IMG/VR virus record: IMGVR_UViG_3300033148_004975
Location: 1 to 52,560 of that record
DNA: 52,560 bases
Direction: 5' to 3' (one strand)
Source of the DNA: a virus
Lineage: Duplodnaviria; Caudoviricetes
The stretch's first letter is position 1. The number at the start of each line of letters is the position of its first letter. The notes under the pieces are model-generated. The model was not told the origin of the DNA and did no database searches. It saw only the letters and a program-made list of their open reading frames with translations. Shown here one piece after another: positions 48,100 to 52,560 of the stretch. The translations under genes and the position numbers were made by a program.

Positions 48100-49022
48100 T
48101 GAATAATGTTTTAATATTAGGTGGTACTGGTTTTGTCGGTACAAATTTAACTAAGATGATGAAAGAAAATACTGCATATAATGTGCATTCTATTGGATCT
48201 AAATATGCAAATCTAATGGATATACAACAAGTTAAACTATTATATCAACAACTTAAACCAAATATTATCATTAATCTCGCTGGTGTAGTTGGTGGCATTG
48301 GTGCTAATAATAAATATGCTGGTGACTTTATTTATAAAAATCTCATAATCAATACTAATGCTATACATGAAGCAAGTAAATTAAAGAATTTAAAAAAATT
48401 TGTACAAATTGGTACTGTGTGCAGTTATGGCGATCAACCACCAGTACCTTTTAAAGAAGAATATTTATTTACTGAATATCCATCTGAAACAAATTCATAT
48501 TATGGTATGGCTAAATTAGTAACATTGCCAATGTTGTGGGCATATCGAAAACAATATAATTTTAATGGTATATATTTGATTCCCACAAATTTATATGGTG
48601 AGCATGATCATTTTGGCACAGAAAATAATCACGTTATTCCAGCAATAATAACAAAAATAAGCAAAGCCATATCTTTTAAACATAGCTATGTGAAATTATG
48701 GGGAACTGGAGAATGTAGCAGAGAATTTTTATATGTTGGAGATTTATGTCGTGCAATTATAATGGCAATTGAAAAATATGATAGCAAAGAACCATTAAAT
48801 ATTGGTTCTGGACAAGAAATTACAATACGTGAATTGGCAGACTTAATAGCCCAATTAATGAAATATGATGGACATATTATTTTTGACGATAGCAAACCAG
48901 ACGGACAAAGAAGAAGATGTGTAGACTCAACGCGGGCACATAACGCACTAAACTGGAAAGCTACAACTAATTTAGTTGAAGGATTACAAAGGACTATCAA
49001 TTATTATCAGGAAATTTATTAA
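48099..49022 (+). CDS. fcl: GDP-L-fucose synthase
   Basis: GGTGFVG, VGGIGAN, GTVCSY, YGMAK, NLYGEHD, HVIPA, WGTG..REFLY, KPDGQ. Confidence 0.93.
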   Translation: MNNVLILGGTGFVGTNLTKMMKENTAYNVHSIGSKYANLMDIQQVKLLYQQLKPNIIINLAGVVGGIGANNKYAGDFIYKNLIINTNAIHEASKLKNLKKFVQIGTVCSYGDQPPVPFKEEYLFTEYPSETNSYYGMAKLVTLPMLWAYRKQYNFNGIYLIPTNLYGEHDHFGTENNHVIPAIITKISKAISFKHSYVKLWGTGECSREFLYVGDLCRAIIMAIEKYDSKEPLNIGSGQEITIRELADLIAQLMKYDGHIIFDDSKPDGQRRRCVDSTRAHNALNWKATTNLVEGLQRTINYYQEIY

Positions 49023-49264
49023 TGGTAAAATCATATATTCCATTATCTCGTGAAATATGTAAAGCTTGTTATGAAATCGTTCGTGTGGGATTTTCTGTAC
49101 CAGATGACATTTGGGCTATTGCTGTACCAGAACGTCTTCAAGAATCCACTTTATGCTTTAATTGTTTTACTCGTCTTGCAGATGAGCATTTATTACCATG
49201 GGATAAACATATTAAGTTTTGGCCCGTATCTCTTATAACTCATTTAAAACCAGTTGAAAATTAA
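49022..49264 (+). CDS. small Zn-binding hypothetical protein
   Basis: CKAC..F.VPDDIW..LCFNCF. Confidence 0.6.
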   Translation: MVKSYIPLSREICKACYEIVRVGFSVPDDIWAIAVPERLQESTLCFNCFTRLADEHLLPWDKHIKFWPVSLITHLKPVEN

Positions 49265-49286
49265 TTTTATAGAAAATATATAGAAA

Positions 49287-49496
49287 ATGGCAAATAGAAC
49301 TTATTATTTTAAAGATAGAAAAAATAACATATATGTATATTGTCCTAAATGTGGTATAGAACAAGAATTATTGATAGATAAAAATTGGTATGATATTGAT
49401 AGAAATGGAGTAGTATTTCCTGATTTTGTATGTATGGAACCATCTAGAAAATGTAATTACTCTGCACAAATAGAATTAATAAATTGGAAAGGATGA
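49287..49496 (+). CDS. small Zn-ribbon protein
   Basis: CPKCG..FVC..C. Confidence 0.6.
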   Translation: MANRTYYFKDRKNNIYVYCPKCGIEQELLIDKNWYDIDRNGVVFPDFVCMEPSRKCNYSAQIELINWKG

Positions 49497-49497
49497 A

Positions 49498-50358
49498 ATG
49501 TTAACAGTTATCTTTAGCAAAGATCGCGCTTGTCAATTACATTGTTTACTTGAATCAATTTTTTGTTTAGATAAAGAACAAATATTTGAGCCTACAGTTA
49601 TATATAATTATTCATCAGATATTTATAAAAATGCATATGGAAAGTGCATTAAATATTGGTTAGATAAATATAATAAAGATAAAAGAAAACTATCATTCCT
49701 ATTAGAATCTAATTTTAGAAATGATTTATTACACACAATAGATAATAACAATCAATATTATAAACATAGTGAATATTTAATGTTTTTAGTAGATGATATG
49801 ATTTTAATGAAAGAAATTAAATCTACTTGGAATGAAATGCAACAAATATTAGATATGCCCAATATGTGTTGTTTATCATTACGATTGGGCAGAAATACAA
49901 CGTGGCAATATCAAACTAATTCACGTTTATCTTTACCATCTTTTAAAGAACATGGAAATTTACTTTGGTGGAATCGTTTTTCGTGTCCAACAAATACAAA
50001 CTTTAATTATCCACTTTCAACTGATTCTCACATATATAAACGTAATTTTATAGTACCAATAACTAAACAAACAGAATTTAAGAATCCTAATCAATTTGAG
50101 GCAAATTTACAAAGATTTGTTCGTAAATGTCCACCATATATGTCTTGTCTAAACGAAAGTGTTTTTGTTAATAATGTTATTAATATATGTCAATATGAAT
50201 TTAAAAACAAATATGGTGTTGATGTATTTGAGTCGTTAGAAAGTCTAAATGAAAAATATATGCAAGATCAAATTATAGATTTTGCAAATATGGATTTTGA
50301 TAGTGTTAACGGTTGCCATTGTGAAATTCCACTGAAATGGAGAAAATTAGATGACTGA
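49498..50358 (+). CDS. GT-A-like glycosyltransferase
   Basis: IFSKDRACQL..LLES, FLVDD, LSLRLG, YPLSTD, PNQFE. Confidence 0.7.
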   Translation: MLTVIFSKDRACQLHCLLESIFCLDKEQIFEPTVIYNYSSDIYKNAYGKCIKYWLDKYNKDKRKLSFLLESNFRNDLLHTIDNNNQYYKHSEYLMFLVDDMILMKEIKSTWNEMQQILDMPNMCCLSLRLGRNTTWQYQTNSRLSLPSFKEHGNLLWWNRFSCPTNTNFNYPLSTDSHIYKRNFIVPITKQTEFKNPNQFEANLQRFVRKCPPYMSCLNESVFVNNVINICQYEFKNKYGVDVFESLESLNEKYMQDQIIDFANMDFDSVNGCHCEIPLKWRKLDD

Positions 50359-50491
50359 TGGGCAAATAATGGAAATGATATATCGTATTATTTCATATGC
50401 TGATTATGATTTATATACTGAATGGCAAATCGAACCACCAAATGAATCATTAGAAAAAGAATTGATCTCTATTGTTAGAGAATATATATAA
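50351..50491 (+). CDS. small hypothetical protein (46 aa)
   Basis: Overlaps the upstream stop; acidic. Confidence 0.4.
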   Translation: MTDGQIMEMIYRIISYADYDLYTEWQIEPPNESLEKELISIVREYI

Positions 50492-50528
50492 TGAATATTA
50501 AATAATAGCATATTAGAAGAGGAAAAAT

Positions 50529-51401
50529 ATGGTAAAAGTTGCTGCTGGAATGATAATTTTTAATGGTAATTATGTTTTAGAAGAATGTTTAGAGTCGATG
50601 TATCCGCACGTCGATCAAATACTTATTGCAGAAGGTCCAGTACAATTCTGGCAAGAACAAGGATATACTACATCTGACGATGGTACTAATGATGTTATTC
50701 ACCAATTTTATGATCCAGAAAATAAGATTACTATTGTACACGGACAATATCAAGAAAAAACAGAACAAGCAAATGCTTATATGAAATATCTTCGTGATGA
50801 TATTGATTATATATTTAATATTGATAGTGATGAATTCTATAAAGATGAAGATTGGGGCCGCATTAAAAATATTTTGAATACTAAAAAATATTCTGAAATT
50901 CAATTTCGATCACATACATTTTTTGGTGGTTTTGAATATTTAATGGGTGGATATGAGGCAACAGTAAAATATGTTAGAATACAAAAAGTATATCCTGGGG
51001 CAAAATGGAAAACACATAGGCCGCCTAGAATAGAACCCAAAAGATGGGTAAATTATCCTCCCTGTGTTCTTACTCATGAAGATACAGACGACATTAATAT
51101 CAGAATGTACCACTATTCTTATGTCTTTCCTAAACAAGTTAAACAAAAAGCTACTTACTATGAATTAGTTATTGATAGCAGCAATTGTATTGAAAATTAT
51201 TATGAAAATGTTTGGAAACCATGGGTATTAGGTGATGAACGAGAAAAACAAAAAATAGAAAACAAATATAATGGTGTACATAAATATAAAAAACGATCAA
51301 TGGCATTTACAAATAAATTTACTGGAGAACATCCCAAAATTATTCAAGATAGATTACCAAAACTAAAAGAAATATTCAATCAACAATTATTAACGGTATA
51401 A
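50529..51401 (+). CDS. glycosyltransferase family 2-like
   Basis: AEG..SDDGT, IDSDEF, HYSYV. Confidence 0.8.
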   Translation: MVKVAAGMIIFNGNYVLEECLESMYPHVDQILIAEGPVQFWQEQGYTTSDDGTNDVIHQFYDPENKITIVHGQYQEKTEQANAYMKYLRDDIDYIFNIDSDEFYKDEDWGRIKNILNTKKYSEIQFRSHTFFGGFEYLMGGYEATVKYVRIQKVYPGAKWKTHRPPRIEPKRWVNYPPCVLTHEDTDDINIRMYHYSYVFPKQVKQKATYYELVIDSSNCIENYYENVWKPWVLGDEREKQKIENKYNGVHKYKKRSMAFTNKFTGEHPKIIQDRLPKLKEIFNQQLLTV

Positions 51402-51407
51402 ATAAAT

Positions 51408-51947
51408 ATGGACGATACAGATATAAAAGAACAATTAAAACAATTATTATTAGATGTACAGCAACTAAATAATAATAAATACCCACAACATTGGGCACAT
51501 TTTATAGATTGTGTTAATGCTTATAAAAATAAGATTACACGTGTAATTGATGTTGGTTGTGGATCTGGAATATATTATAAATTATGTAAAATACATTTTC
51601 CAAATATTAAATATTTTGGCATAGATAGATCTGCACAAGCAATATCATTGGCTATGGAACATTGGAGAGCCACATGCTTTGCACAATTAGATTATTGTGA
51701 ACTTTCTCCAAGATATTTTACTGATAAAGATCTATTAAACATAAATTTATACAATGGCCAATGGAATTATGCACATATAAATCATTTATTAAATTTGGGT
51801 ATACCAATAGTTTTAATGCACGGGGTAAATATAAGAAAAAACAAAGAAATACCACGCTTCATAATTAATCATAATTATATTTCTCTATTTGATTTAGCAG
51901 ATAAAGACGAATCAATATTTAATATTTCTATGGTAAAAGGATTATAA
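51408..51947 (+). CDS. class I SAM-dependent methyltransferase
   Basis: VIDVGCGSG, YFGIDRS. Confidence 0.8.
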   Translation: MDDTDIKEQLKQLLLDVQQLNNNKYPQHWAHFIDCVNAYKNKITRVIDVGCGSGIYYKLCKIHFPNIKYFGIDRSAQAISLAMEHWRATCFAQLDYCELSPRYFTDKDLLNINLYNGQWNYAHINHLLNLGIPIVLMHGVNIRKNKEIPRFIINHNYISLFDLADKDESIFNISMVKGL

Positions 51948-51948
51948 A

Positions 51949-52560
51949 GTGCAAAATTGCATTACATATATATATGCTGGAGAATTTTCTTATGGATTAT
52001 GTTGGTGGACGCCCAAATTAAGATTTATATCAAATACCAAATTCAGTAAATATTACAAAATAGCATTTGATTATAATGGTAGAAATGGCTTATATAAAGA
52101 TTTTGTAGATTTATTTATACCATATGATAAAGATACGGAATTAAAATTGGGATGGCCAACATGTGGCGGAACTAGAGATAAAAAAAGTGGCTGTCCATTT
52201 ACTGAAATTACTGATCCAGCAGCATTATCCTTTTCTCAATCAATACTTAATGACCGCAACATTCAACTTTCTCAAATTGTTACTGCTAGCAATATACATA
52301 AATTTTGTGGTGATAGATGGAATTTACTTGGTACACGTCCAACACTTGAAGAAAACCCAATAGGTCAATATAAATATCTAGATGCACCAAAACATATACA
52401 TAATAGGATACAACAAGAATTATCAGAAAATCTAAATATGGATAGACCAACAATAGCAATTATGGCTAGGGTACGTAATAGATTAGAACATGAAGATGGA
52501 GAAAATTGGCCTAAAGAAAAATGGCAAATATTAATAGATAAGATTCTCAATATATTAAAT
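51949..52560 (+). CDS. GT9-like glycosyltransferase, runs off the window end
   Basis: Open frame from GTG 51949 to the end; GEFSY..W.P and ENWPKEKW motifs. Confidence 0.6.
   Translation, partial: MQNCITYIYAGEFSYGLCWWTPKLRFISNTKFSKYYKIAFDYNGRNGLYKDFVDLFIPYDKDTELKLGWPTCGGTRDKKSGCPFTEITDPAALSFSQSILNDRNIQLSQIVTASNIHKFCGDRWNLLGTRPTLEENPIGQYKYLDAPKHIHNRIQQELSENLNMDRPTIAIMARVRNRLEHEDGENWPKEKWQILIDKILNILN

Noticed and set aside
1701-52550. Minus-strand and nested short ORFs in the six-frame track
   Set aside because: All overlap well-supported + strand genes and lack recognisable motifs; they look like shadow ORFs.

Overview
AT-rich window (roughly 27-29% GC by eye) from a large dsDNA tailed phage. 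Genes are densely packed, often overlap at TAATG/ATGA, and all credible genes are on the + strand. The two SSBs look Planctomycete-like, which hints at the host. Layout: (1) 1-19 kb accessory/early region with tandem Cys-rich paralogs, an M28-like peptidase, DUF932, Zn-ribbon proteins, a deaminase, a ~710-bp non-coding block full of G-U-containing hairpins, a macro domain, a broken RlaP-like nucleotidyltransferase, dUTPase, NDT-like, two SSBs, a GT4, an Rnl5-type RNA ligase, a sigma-like factor, ClpP with an in-frame TGA, and a two-gene unit with its own terminator. (2) 19-40 kb nucleotide metabolism and replication: dCMP deaminase, class II RNR, kinase, DNA MTase, RecA, ThyA-like, DnaB, DnaG, dNMP kinase, Cas4/RecB-like nuclease, and a DnaE split into two intein-less genes around DnaQ and a nuclease-like gene. 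(3) 40-52.5 kb large glycosylation cluster with about 8 glycosyltransferase-like genes, GDP-fucose synthase and methyltransferases, several with degenerate motifs. No tRNA, rRNA, CRISPR array or IS element was recognised. Best candidates for novelty: the structured non-coding RNA locus at 4975-5531, the intein-less split DnaE, and the replication-linked glycosylation cluster. All family calls come from motif recognition, not database searches.
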